A DNA stretch of 63,938 bases, filler included, from Sandaracinaceae bacterium (GTDB taxonomy: Bacteria; Myxococcota_A; Polyangia; Polyangiales; JADJQN01), in NCBI GenBank assembly GCA_947483975.1. It is 5 parts of 5 records of this genome, joined end to end, with 100 filler letters (N's around TTAATTAATTAA, not from the genome) between each part and the next. Parts side by side here need not be neighbours in the genome. Positions count along the whole stretch, not along the records: positions 27,890 to 41,440 come from CANKOL010000116.1; positions 41,541 to 54,990 come from CANKOL010000117.1; 3 more parts are not named here. One strand, written 5' to 3'. The notes under the pieces are model-generated. The model saw nothing but the letters and a program-made list of their open reading frames with translations, was not told the DNA's origin and searched no databases. This document shows positions 35,703 to 44,792 of this stretch, one piece after another. The stretch's first letter is position 1; every line of letters starts with the position of its first letter. The position numbers were made by a program, and so were the translations under genes.

Positions 35703-36746
35703 ATGTCCCAGATCCCGTATTACATCGCTGGCATCTTCGGTCTCTCCTTCCTCGTCGTCGTCCACGAGAGCGGGCACTACCTGGTGGCCCGCGCCTTCGG
35801 GATGCGCGTGCTCCGCTTCAGCATCGGGCTCGGCCCGGCGATCGTGCGGTACACGCCGAAGGGCAGCCCGACGACCTTTCAGATCTGCGCGATCCCGCTG
35901 CTCGCGTACGTGCAGATCGCGGGCATGAACCCCGCCGAAGAGATCGACCGCGACGACCCGGAGCTCTTCCCGAACAAGAGCGTCTTCGCGCGGATCATGA
36001 CGATCGCGGCGGGCTCCCTCGCCAACTACGCGTCGGCGTCGGTGCTCTTCTTCGGCCTCGCGCTCGTCGGGCTCCCGGAGGCGGGGCCCCCCGTCTCGCC
36101 GATGCTCGTCGAGGACGTCGCCGCCGACTCCGCCGCGAAGGAGGCCGGCATCCTCGCGGGCGACATCGTGCGCGAGGCGAACGGCGAGACCGTGCACGAC
36201 GTGCGCGACGTGCAGCGCATCACCAAGACGCGGGGCGCGCGGGCGACCGTCTTCGTCGTCGAGCGGCAGGGCCATCGCCGCTCGCTGACGATGACGCCGA
36301 AGCTCGACAGCACCGGCGCGCCGCGCATCGGCGTCGTCTCGGCGGTCACGGTCAACTACGTCTCGAAGCCCCTCGGCGAGGCGCTCAAGCTCGCGGTGAT
36401 CTACCCGTTCGTCTTCTCGGCGGCGCAGGCCGTCGGCATCTACGACATGATCCGGCGCCTCTCCGGCGAGGGGCTGATCAGCCCGAAGGGCATGACCGAG
36501 GAGGCCGCGAAGGCCGCCAAGCGCGGGCCGAGCTCGTTCGTGCTCCTCCTGATTCATCTGTCGATCGCGATCGGCTTCTCGAACCTCTTGCCGATCCCCG
36601 CGCTCGACGGCGGGAGGCTCGCCTTCCTCGGCTACGAGGTGATCACGCGCCGCCGCCCCAACGAGAAGTTCGAGGCGATCGTGCACCTCGTCGGGCTCGT
36701 GTTCCTGCTGAGCGTCGTCGTCGCCGTCATGATCAGCGGGCACTGA
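35703..36746 (+). CDS. Site-2 M50 metalloprotease with PDZ (RseP-like)
   Basis: VHESGH, FSIGLG, PDZ domain, NLLPIPALDGG. Confidence 0.92.
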   Translation: MSQIPYYIAGIFGLSFLVVVHESGHYLVARAFGMRVLRFSIGLGPAIVRYTPKGSPTTFQICAIPLLAYVQIAGMNPAEEIDRDDPELFPNKSVFARIMTIAAGSLANYASASVLFFGLALVGLPEAGPPVSPMLVEDVAADSAAKEAGILAGDIVREANGETVHDVRDVQRITKTRGARATVFVVERQGHRRSLTMTPKLDSTGAPRIGVVSAVTVNYVSKPLGEALKLAVIYPFVFSAAQAVGIYDMIRRLSGEGLISPKGMTEEAAKAAKRGPSSFVLLLIHLSIAIGFSNLLPIPALDGGRLAFLGYEVITRRRPNEKFEAIVHLVGLVFLLSVVVAVMISGH

Positions 36747-36754
36747 GCGCGGGC

Positions 36755-37630
36755 GTGTTGGTTCCGTCGGCAGTCGAGTCGTTCGTGGTCGCCAACGGGC
36801 TCCGGCACCACGTGCTCGAGTGGGACGGACGCGCGCCCGGCGACGCCCGCCCGACCATCGTCCTCCTGCACGGCTGGCTCGACCTCGCGTGGAGCTTCGA
36901 GCTGCTCGGGGCGGCGCTCGCGCGCGCCGGGCGGCGCGTCGTCAGCTTCGACTTCCGCGGCTTCGGCGAGACCGAGTGGGCGCCCGCGGGCGGCTACTAC
37001 CACTTCCCCGACTACGTGCTCGACGTGGACTCGCTCCTGCCGCTGCTCGCGCCGGGCGAGGCGCAGGTCGACCTCCTCGGGCACAGCATGGGCGGCACCG
37101 TCGCGATGCTCTTCACGGGCGCGCGGCCCAAGCGCGTGCGCCGGCTCGTCCTCGCCGAGGGGCTCGGCCCGCCGGACCTCGGCCCGGAGCAGCTCGTGGA
37201 CCGCACGGTGTCCTTCCTCGACGGAGTCGCGCGCACGCGGCAGACGCCGGCACGCCCCATCGCCTCGATCGACGACGCGCTCGCGCGGATGCGCCTGCAG
37301 AACCCGGAGCTGCCCGACGGGCTCGGGCGCCTCCTCGCCGAGAAGAACACCGTCGCGAAGGGCGACGCGCGGCAGTGGCGCTTCGACCCGCTCCACCGCA
37401 CGAGCGCGCCGTCGGTCTTCCGCGTCGATCAGCTCCGCGGGTTCCTCGCGCGCATCCAGCAGCCGGCGCTCGCCATCGCGGGTCAGCGCGGCTTTCGCCT
37501 GTCGGACGAGGCGACGCGCCTCGCGCTCTTCCCCGACGCGCGCCTCGTCGAGCTTCCGGGCGCCGGGCACATGATGCATTGGACGCACCCCGCGCTCCTC
37601 GCCGAGACCGTCGCGGCGTTCCTCGGCTGA
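36755..37630 (+). CDS. Alpha/beta hydrolase
   Basis: LLHGWLD, DFRGFG, GHSMGG, GAGHMMH. Confidence 0.92.
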   Translation: MLVPSAVESFVVANGLRHHVLEWDGRAPGDARPTIVLLHGWLDLAWSFELLGAALARAGRRVVSFDFRGFGETEWAPAGGYYHFPDYVLDVDSLLPLLAPGEAQVDLLGHSMGGTVAMLFTGARPKRVRRLVLAEGLGPPDLGPEQLVDRTVSFLDGVARTRQTPARPIASIDDALARMRLQNPELPDGLGRLLAEKNTVAKGDARQWRFDPLHRTSAPSVFRVDQLRGFLARIQQPALAIAGQRGFRLSDEATRLALFPDARLVELPGAGHMMHWTHPALLAETVAAFLG

Positions 37631-37715
37631 GCGGCGGCCCGTCCACGTCGGGCGCGATGTCGCGCTCGCGCGGCGTCCTCTGTTACCATCGCGCTCCGAG
37701 AGGGAGATTCCGACC

Positions 37716-38645
37716 ATGCTTCGACGCTACTTGCCCCTGATCTGCGCGCTCGCCTTCGCGACGCCCGTCCTCGCCGCCAACACGCTCGCCCACGCCCAGG
37801 ACCACGCCGGCGCGGCCGCCATGGTGGACGAGCAAGCGCCGAACGATGGCTCCGAGGCTGACCCGGCAGCCGCCACCGGCGACCCGGCGCTCTCCGACGA
37901 GCAGGCGCTCGCGTCCGAGGGCACGAACCGACCGGAGGCCGTGCGCGACTCGACGGATCCCTACGAAGACCCGCACGAGGGCTACTACTTCGTCGGCCTG
38001 ATGTACCGGCAGGCCGTGGTGCCGAAGTTCATGCAGGGCCTCTTCGTCGACGGCGGCACGACCGTCTCGAACCCCGGCTTCGGCGCGCAGTTCGAGTACC
38101 GCAAGGACGCCTTCAGCATCATCGGCAGCCTCTGGTGGCAGGACTTCGCGTTCAACGGCCCGTTCCGCGAGGCGGGCGACGCGGCGACGAACACCGAGAT
38201 CATCGACTCGAGCTGGTCGCTGTTCGCGGCGTCGGCGTCGTTCCTCTGGTCCACCGCGTTCAACGACATGTTCGCGATCGAGTACGGCGTCGACGTCGGG
38301 CTCGGCGTCGTGCTCGGCAACGGCGTGCGCGACGAGGCCTACTCGACCGACGGCGGCCAGACCTTCCACGCGTGCAGCGGCGCGCTCGATCCGCGCGACG
38401 TCGGCGGCGCCTACTGCGGCCTGCCGACCAGCGGCTCGACCGACCTCGACGGCCAGAACGGCGAGCACTACCACGTCGTCGCGCGCAAGTGGTCGGACGG
38501 CGGCAGCGTGCCCAACGTCATCCCGTGGCTCGGCCTCCCGCACATCGGCCTGCGCATCAAGCCCATCCACCAGCTGCAGATCCGCATCGACGGCGGCTTC
38601 TTCGGCGGCTTCTGGTTCGGCGCGGGGATCAGCTACGGCATCTGA
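37716..38645 (+). CDS. Secreted, probably outer-membrane beta-barrel hypothetical protein
   Basis: Signal peptide, acidic linker, amphipathic strands, terminal WFGAGISYGI. Confidence 0.7.
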   Translation: MLRRYLPLICALAFATPVLAANTLAHAQDHAGAAAMVDEQAPNDGSEADPAAATGDPALSDEQALASEGTNRPEAVRDSTDPYEDPHEGYYFVGLMYRQAVVPKFMQGLFVDGGTTVSNPGFGAQFEYRKDAFSIIGSLWWQDFAFNGPFREAGDAATNTEIIDSSWSLFAASASFLWSTAFNDMFAIEYGVDVGLGVVLGNGVRDEAYSTDGGQTFHACSGALDPRDVGGAYCGLPTSGSTDLDGQNGEHYHVVARKWSDGGSVPNVIPWLGLPHIGLRIKPIHQLQIRIDGGFFGGFWFGAGISYGI

Positions 38646-38701
38646 TTCGCGACGTCACGCGTCCCGTCCCCCTCGCCCCGCGGCGTGAACCGGACCTTCA
38701 T
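38630..38701 (-). pseudogene. 5' remnant of a RelE/ParE-like toxin
   Basis: ATGA-coupled to the antitoxin; MKVRFTPR then loses similarity and runs into the convergent gene. Confidence 0.45.
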
Positions 38702-38943
38702 CGGCGCGCGCGGAGCTCCGCGAGCACGTCCTCGGCGTCGATGAGCTGGCCAGTCTTCGACTCGAGGATGGACGCCTCGAGCTCTTGATGGAGCGCGGCC
38801 CGCTCCGCGCGGTCGAGGTCATCGCCACCGCTCGCGAGCACCTCGTCGAGCGGCACGAGCTCCACGAGGTCGCCCTCTGGACGGTCCGTCGGCTCGTCGA
38901 GCACGAGCCGACCGTTTCTGACGCGAGCATGGTGAGCGTGCAT
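38698..38943 (-). CDS. Antitoxin-like small protein
   Basis: ARVRNGRLVLDEPTDRPEGDLVEL...LIDAEDVLAELR; TATGCT -10 lies 9 nt upstream. Confidence 0.7.
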   Translation of the reverse strand: MHAHHARVRNGRLVLDEPTDRPEGDLVELVPLDEVLASGGDDLDRAERAALHQELEASILESKTGQLIDAEDVLAELRARR

Positions 38944-39047
38944 CGTGGGGGCAGCATACAACGGCTCGTCGAGCGCGGCGGCGCGCCGCCCACCGTCGCT
39001 TGACACTCCTCGACCGGCCGCGACACGCTGGGTCCGTGGCCACCTCG

Positions 39048-39350
39048 ATGACGACTCCGCTCGGCCGCTACGTGATGCTGGGCGACTGGACCGCGTACCG
39101 TCAGGACCTCGTCCTCAAGGTCCTCCACGACTTCAAGTTCAACCCGTTCAATCCAGAGGAGCTCGCGCTGGACGAGCGGACGCTCGCGGCGGCGATGAAC
39201 GTCCCGCCCGCGGAGCTTCCCGGGCTCTACCAGGCGCTCGTCGCGCGAGGGCTCGTCGAAGTGGTGGGGGCGAGCGCGCTCCGCATCACGGACGCAGGCG
39301 TGCAGGTCGTGCTCTCGCTGCTCAACCATCCATTGCAGGCGGTGCCGTGA
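39048..39350 (+). CDS. Hypothetical winged-helix-like protein
   Basis: LAAAMNVP..EL..LYQALVARGLVE...LRITDAG; GTGA overlap with the HEPN gene. Confidence 0.6.
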   Translation: MTTPLGRYVMLGDWTAYRQDLVLKVLHDFKFNPFNPEELALDERTLAAAMNVPPAELPGLYQALVARGLVEVVGASALRITDAGVQVVLSLLNHPLQAVP

Positions 39351-39784
39351 GCGGCGGCGCGCAGCCCAACCACGCGGACTGGCTCCAGCAGGCTGAGCGG
39401 GACCTGCTCGCCGCCAGGCTCCTGCTCGAGCACGGCTTCTACGAGTGGTCTGCCTACGCTTCCTGTCAGTCGTCGGAGAAGAGCTGCAAGGCGATCGTGA
39501 TCGCGCTCGGGACGAACATCGGCGATGCAGGCGGCCTGAAGACGCACTCCTTGAACAAGCTGCTCGGGGGGCTGCCGTCGCTGCAGGCGCACAGCGAGAT
39601 GGCGAACGCACTGGTCGCGCTCCCGCTGCATGACCAGACGGTCCCGCACCGCCTACCGCTGTCCTTGCCCCTGCCCGCGCTCGTCGAACGCGGCACGGTC
39701 GTCCTCGGGCGCGCGCCGACAGCCCTCCTGGGGCGTCGACTCAAGGCTCGCCGACGACGGACTCGCCATGCAGGAGCGCCCTGA
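39347..39784 (+). CDS. HEPN domain protein, C-terminus apparently degenerate
   Basis: WLQQAERDLLAARLLLEHGFYEWSAYASCQSSEKSCKA...KTHSLNKL; expected RYP motif not seen. Confidence 0.7.
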   Translation: MSGGAQPNHADWLQQAERDLLAARLLLEHGFYEWSAYASCQSSEKSCKAIVIALGTNIGDAGGLKTHSLNKLLGGLPSLQAHSEMANALVALPLHDQTVPHRLPLSLPLPALVERGTVVLGRAPTALLGRRLKARRRRTRHAGAP

Positions 39785-39890
39785 GCGCCCTCGTCGGCTT
39801 GCGGGGCGTCTCGAGGAGCCTCGCCACCGCGTCGAACGACGCCGCGGTCACGACGACGCGACGCGGAATCACGAAGGCCGAAGGCGTCGC
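39741..39890 (-). pseudogene. DUF1778/TacA-like antitoxin C-terminal fragment
   Basis: RRVVVTAASFDAVARLLETPRKPTRALRALL; upstream part replaced by repeats. Confidence 0.4.
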
Positions 39891-39945
39891 GCGCCGCGCC
39901 GGCTTGCTTCCGCTCAACGCGGCCTCAGGGCCACTCGGCGCCATC

Positions 39946-40075
39946 TTGGTTCCGCGCGTCACGCTCTTGGTTCCCTCTGTCACAGCACTCGTTCCGCCCA
40001 TCACAGCGCTAGTTCCGTCCGTCGCAGAGACAGTTCCGTCCCTCGCAGCACCAGTTCCGTCCGTCGCAGAGACAG
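39946..40075. repeat. Degenerate 21-bp tandem repeat, six copies
   Basis: GTTCC core at 39949, 39970, 39991, 40012, 40033, 40054. Confidence 0.9.
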
Positions 40076-40077
40076 GC

Positions 40078-40192
40078 GCACGGGCTGCGCCAGATACCCT
40101 CTCCCGCAGCGCCGCACGGGCTGCGCCAGGTACCCTCTCCCGCCGGCGCGGGAGAGGGTGTCGCCGGCGAGCTTGCACAGCGTGGGTGAGGG
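40078..40192. repeat. 36-bp-period duplication plus REP-like hairpin
   Basis: GCACGGGCTGCGCCAGRTACCCTCTCCCGC at 40078 and 40114; ACCCTCTCCCGC-CGGC-GCGGGAGAGGGT (40132-40159); GGGTGAGGG follows. Confidence 0.8.
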
Positions 40193-40221
40193 CCGGAACG
40201 AGCTCCCGGCCTTCGGCCCGG

Positions 40222-41440
40222 CTACAGCATCCCCGCAGACGCCATCAGGTCGATCATCGCGAGCTGCCGCTCGAGGGAGCGGAGCAGCAGCGTCGTCTCC
40301 GCGGTCTCGAGCTGACGGCGCGCGTCGTCGAGCTCGACGCCCGTCGCCGCGCCCGCCTGATAGGCGAGCTCCGCGCGCTCGAGGTTCTGGCGCGAGAGCG
40401 CGACGCTCTGCTCGGCGAAGACGATGGTGCGGCCCGCGGTCTCGGCGCGGCGATACGCGTCGCGCACCTGCACGCGCACGCTGCGGCGCAGCTGCGCTGA
40501 GCGCTCCTCGGCGTCGGCGACCTGCGCGCGGGCGTCGGCGAGCGCGCCGTAGCGCAGCCCACCGTCGAAGATCGGCACGACGAGGGACGCGACGGCGGTC
40601 CACTGCGTCGTCGTCGGGTTGGTCACCGTCGCCGGGCCGCGATAGGCGCCCGTCCACGTCAGGCTCAGCGACGGGACATAGCGCAGCCAAGCGTCGTCGA
40701 CCTGCAGGCGGGCGACGTCGCGCGTCGCCTCGAGCGCGCGCAGATCCGTGCGGGCGCCGAGCGCTCGGTCGAGGTAGCGCGCGAGCGGCTCGCCGGGCTC
40801 CGGCGCGGGCGACTCCTCGGCCTCGACGGGCTCCTCGAGCCCGAGCGACTGCCCGAAGAGATCCCACTGCTGCGCGAGCTGCGCGTCGGCGCTCTCGACG
40901 CGCTGCCTGGCCTCGAGGACGCCGATCTGCGAGCGCGCGCGGTCGAGCGGCACCGCCGCGCCCGCCTCGATGCGCGCCCCGACCGCCTCGTCCTGCCGCA
41001 GCGCCGACGCGAGCTGAGTGCGCGCGAGCTCCGAGTTGCGCCGCGCCGTCAGCACCGCGAAGTAGACGCGCGCGACCGACGAGCGGATCAGGCGCTTGGC
41101 GTCGTCGGCGCGCAGGCGCGTCGTGCGCGTGTTCGCCTCGGCGATGCGCGTCGCGTTCCAGGCGCGCAGCGAGACGGACTCTTGGACCTGCAGGTCGAGG
41201 TCGTAGCCGTAGTGCGGGCGGAGCACGCCGGCCAGGCTCGTCACCTCGCGGTCGTAGAGCGTCAGGTTGCCGACGCCGCTGACCGTCGGCAGCAGCCCGG
41301 CGAGCGCCATCCGCTCGGCCGCGAGCGAGCGCCGGACGGCGATGTCCGCGAGCCGCGCGTCGCTCGCCGTGCTCGACCCTTCCGTCAGCGCCTGCGTCAG
41401 GTCGAGGTGCCGCGCGGGCGGCGCGGGCGGCGCCGGCACC
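40222..41440 (-). CDS. TolC-family outer-membrane efflux protein (5' truncated)
   Basis: Two OEP repeats: VARVYFAVL, YVPSLSL, VPIFDGG, YQAGAATGVEL.DA. Confidence 0.9.
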
Positions 41441-41540
41441 NNNNNNNNNNNNNNNNNNNNNNNNNNNNNNNNNNNNNNNNNNNNTTAATTAATTAANNNN
41501 NNNNNNNNNNNNNNNNNNNNNNNNNNNNNNNNNNNNNNNN
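41441..41540. other. Artificial contig spacer
   Basis: N-TTAATTAATTAA-N. Confidence 0.99.
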
Positions 41541-41541
41541 C

Positions 41542-41841
41542 GGCGTCGGGGGACTCGACATCTTGAGACAGCTCCGGCAGGACTCCGACGTCCCGGTGCT
41601 CGTGCTGAGCGCGCGGCAGGACAGCAACGACAAGGTGCTGGCGCTGAAGCTCGGCGCCGACGACTACGTGACGAAGCCGCTCTGGCCGGAGGAGCTGATC
41701 GAGCGAGTGCGCGCGCGGCTGCGCCGCTTCGTGATGGAGAGGTCCGCGCAGGTGAAGCGCGGCGGGCTCGTGATCGACGGGGCGAAGCGCGAGGTGACGG
41801 TGCCGATGCCGTTCAACGGCGGCCCGCCGTTCACGTCCTGA
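41542..41841 (+). pseudogene. OmpR-family response regulator truncated before the DNA-binding helices
   Basis: GLDILRQLR..SDVPVLVLSAR...GADDYVTKP..EEL..RVRARLRR...GLVID..KREVTV then stop. Confidence 0.7.
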
Positions 41842-41874
41842 CCGCTCACGTCCTGACCGTTCACGTGCTGACCG
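41827..41874. repeat. 15-bp tandem repeat, three copies
   Basis: CCGYTCACGTSCTGA at 41827, 41842, 41857. Confidence 0.9.
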
Positions 41875-41963
41875 CGCCCGCGGGGCGCCGCTCCCTCGAG
41901 GACGCGGCGCCCCGTCAGTGTTGAGAGGCGCGCTCCGGCCGCGGTTGGCGGGGCGAACGGCGG

Positions 41964-44792
41964 CTAGTACTGGCAGCAGCGGAAGCCCGTCGTCGGCGCA
42001 GAGAACGACTGTTCGGCGACCGTGAAGTCGAAGTCGCACGCGCGCCCCGCCTCGATGCTCTGGTAGGAGCCGCCGAGCACTTCGTAGAGGTTCGTGCCCA
42101 CCGCGGTGGAGGTCCACTCCTTGGCGTTGCCGCTCAAGTCGTAGACGCGCCCCGCCGCCGCCCAGTCGGTGTAGCAGCTGGCGAACGTCGGCGACGCCGT
42201 GGTGAAGAGCGCGTCTTGGTCGCCCGCGAGCGCTGGGTCGCTGTCGTACTCCATGCCGTTGCACGTCGTCCGCTGACTCCCGCCGCAGGAGGTCGCGTAG
42301 GAGTGTACGCAGGTCCCCGCGGGCCCCTCGCACGCCGCCTGCCAGTCGCCCGCGCGGCAGAGCTGCCAGCCGGTCGACCCAGTGCAAGTGCCGCCGACGT
42401 TGAGGGCGCAGCACGCGGCTTGGGCCTGCGGGAACGTCACGTTCGTCCAGGGCTGCACGTTGGCGCGCGAGCACGCGAGCGTGGAGATCAATCCCGCGCT
42501 CGTCGCGCTGGCGTCGGGGCGCGACGCCTCGAACTGCATGACGCGGACCGTGCGGCCGCCGGACAGGAAGGTCACGTTGGGAATCGCGGTCTGGTCGATC
42601 GCGTCGCGCCACGCCGTCGCGGGGTCGTTCACGCCAGGCTCGTCGATCAGCCCATCGCAGTCATCGTCGAGTCCATTGCACGACTCGTCCGCTGGAGCGC
42701 CCGCCGCGGGCGCGTTGCACATCACGCCATCGCCCGCGACGTTGCAGAGGAAGGTGCCGACTCGACGACACGCACCGCTCCCGTTTCCGCACGCGGCACC
42801 GACGAGCGGGAAGGCCTCGTCGACGAGGCCGTCGCAGTCGTTGTCGAGGCCGTCGCAGCGAGTCTCGGTCCCCTGGAACGTCGTCGGGTAGAGACAGACC
42901 CAGCCCGCCGCGCCGCCGCACGTAGCCCCGGTCCCCGCGCACACGCCGTTGGGATTGCAGAAGAGCGGTGGTGGAGTCGTGTCCTCGTCCACGGTCCCAT
43001 CGCAGTCGTCGTCCCGACCGTTGCACACTTCGCGACCGGCGAGCGAGCAGGCGTATTCGCAGCCGTTGGCCGGCAATCCATCGAGGTCGACGAACCCAGA
43101 CTGGCATCCACCGACGGAGCACGCGCCCCCCGCGCAGCGCTGGGCCGTGTTCGCCAGGCTGCAAACATGGCCGCAGGTGCCGCAGTTTCGAGTATCCGTG
43201 TTCAGCGAGAAGGTCTCATCGACCAGTCCATTGCAGTCGTCGTCGACTCCGTTGCACGTCTCGACGACCGCGCTGACGCCGCCCTGGCACACGAGGTTGC
43301 CCGTGATGCACACGGTGGTCCCGAGCTCACACGCGCCCGTCGCCGTGCCGCAGGAGCCGCCCCCTCCGGGATTGCCGTCGTCGGGCGTCCCATCGCAGTC
43401 CTCGTCCGTGCCGTCACAGGTCTCCGCCGACGCGACCGTCTGACCGACGCACACGACGCTGCCGCTGACACACTGCTGCACGCCGCGCGCGCAGCGACCG
43501 ACGTCGGTCCCGCAGAGGAGTCCTGCCTCCGCGGTGCCCTCGTCGACCGCTCCATCGCAGTCATCATCGACTCCATTGCAGACCTCAGCGACGGGCACGA
43601 CCCCGCCGACGCACGCGAGCGTTCCCCGCGTGCACACGAGGCTGCCCGTCTCGCACGCGCCGATCGAGGACCCGCAGGCGCCGCCACCGTCTGGATTCCC
43701 CTCGTCGGTCAGCCCGTCACAGTCATCGTCGAGGGAGTTGCAGACCTCGGCAGTGGGCCCAATGGCGTCGGTGCAAACGAGCGCTCCCCCGGTGCAGACC
43801 TCGCGGCCGACCTCGCAGGCGCCTGTCGCGGTCCCGCACACGCGCCCGCCCTCTGGATCTCCTTCATCGGTCACGCCGTCGCAGTCGTCATCGACGCCGT
43901 TGCAGAGCTCCGCCGTCGGGACGATCTCGCCGTCGCAAACCACCGTGCCGGCGTCACAGCGAGTGACTCCGGGCACGCACCCGCCGACGTCCGAGCCGCA
44001 ACGCAGCCCCGCGCCGGGATTGCCCTCGTCCGCGACCCCATCGCAGTCGTCGTCGCGCAGGTTGCAGGTCTCGAACGGCGGCGTCCCGAGCGTGCACCGA
44101 TACTCGCAACCGTTCGCCTCCGAGCCATCGAGGTCGTAATAGCCCGTTTCGCACGTCCCGAGCGTGCAGACCCCCTCGAGGCACGACCCAACCGCGCGAG
44201 GCGAGCGACACACGCGACCGCAGCGACCGCAGTTGGAGGTGTCGGTCGAGAGGGCGACGTCCTCGTCGACCTGCCCGTCGCAGTCGTCGTCGCGCAGGTC
44301 GCAGAGCGAGTCGTCCAGCGCGACCGAGAGGCAGCGGTACTCGCAACCCGTGGCCGGATCGTGGTCGAGATCGATGAAGCCGACGTTGCACGCGTCGATC
44401 AGGCACTCGCCCGCTTCACAGGCCCCAAAGGCGTGAATTGGAGAGCAGAACCGCCCGCAAGCGCCGCAGTTCTCGAGGTCCGTGTTGGTGTCGAAGCCCT
44501 CATCCGTCAAACCATCACAGTCGTCGTCGTAGCCGTTGCAGAGCTCGACGTCCACGCAGCCGTCGGGCCTCCCGGCGTCGAAGGGAGCGTCGAGAACGCC
44601 CCAATCGCGCGGGCCTACCGAGCCATCGCCGAGGTCGGCGACGCCACCGTCGTCGCCGCACATCACGCAATAGGAGTGAACCTCGCAGCCCGTGAGGCTC
44701 GCGGACACGATGCCGACGAAGAGCCAGAGGGCGGCCGACGCGCCTCTCCGGAGGCCGAAGGGGCGACGCAGCAGAGTGTGAGTGGCGGTCAT
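41964..44792 (-). CDS. Cys/Asp-rich lipoprotein with MopE-like repeats and C-terminal FGE/sulfatase-modifying-factor-like domain
   Basis: SLTG-C lipobox; 11 C(N/D)xxDxDCxGxxD repeats; 3 NCGxCGxxC units; YDLSGNAKEWT..GGSY..TGFRCC. Confidence 0.85.
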   Translation of the reverse strand: MTATHTLLRRPFGLRRGASAALWLFVGIVSASLTGCEVHSYCVMCGDDGGVADLGDGSVGPRDWGVLDAPFDAGRPDGCVDVELCNGYDDDCDGLTDEGFDTNTDLENCGACGRFCSPIHAFGACEAGECLIDACNVGFIDLDHDPATGCEYRCLSVALDDSLCDLRDDDCDGQVDEDVALSTDTSNCGRCGRVCRSPRAVGSCLEGVCTLGTCETGYYDLDGSEANGCEYRCTLGTPPFETCNLRDDDCDGVADEGNPGAGLRCGSDVGGCVPGVTRCDAGTVVCDGEIVPTAELCNGVDDDCDGVTDEGDPEGGRVCGTATGACEVGREVCTGGALVCTDAIGPTAEVCNSLDDDCDGLTDEGNPDGGGACGSSIGACETGSLVCTRGTLACVGGVVPVAEVCNGVDDDCDGAVDEGTAEAGLLCGTDVGRCARGVQQCVSGSVVCVGQTVASAETCDGTDEDCDGTPDDGNPGGGGSCGTATGACELGTTVCITGNLVCQGGVSAVVETCNGVDDDCNGLVDETFSLNTDTRNCGTCGHVCSLANTAQRCAGGACSVGGCQSGFVDLDGLPANGCEYACSLAGREVCNGRDDDCDGTVDEDTTPPPLFCNPNGVCAGTGATCGGAAGWVCLYPTTFQGTETRCDGLDNDCDGLVDEAFPLVGAACGNGSGACRRVGTFLCNVAGDGVMCNAPAAGAPADESCNGLDDDCDGLIDEPGVNDPATAWRDAIDQTAIPNVTFLSGGRTVRVMQFEASRPDASATSAGLISTLACSRANVQPWTNVTFPQAQAACCALNVGGTCTGSTGWQLCRAGDWQAACEGPAGTCVHSYATSCGGSQRTTCNGMEYDSDPALAGDQDALFTTASPTFASCYTDWAAAGRVYDLSGNAKEWTSTAVGTNLYEVLGGSYQSIEAGRACDFDFTVAEQSFSAPTTGFRCCQY

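Noticed and set aside
39946..40075. Possible CRISPR array (GTTCC-starting repeats)
   Set aside because: Period is only 21 bp with no unique 30-40 bp spacers and no cas genes; it is a degenerate tandem repeat.
41964..42200. FGE-like C-terminal domain as a diversity-generating retroelement target
   Set aside because: No reverse transcriptase and no template-repeat copy of the 3' end was seen in the window.
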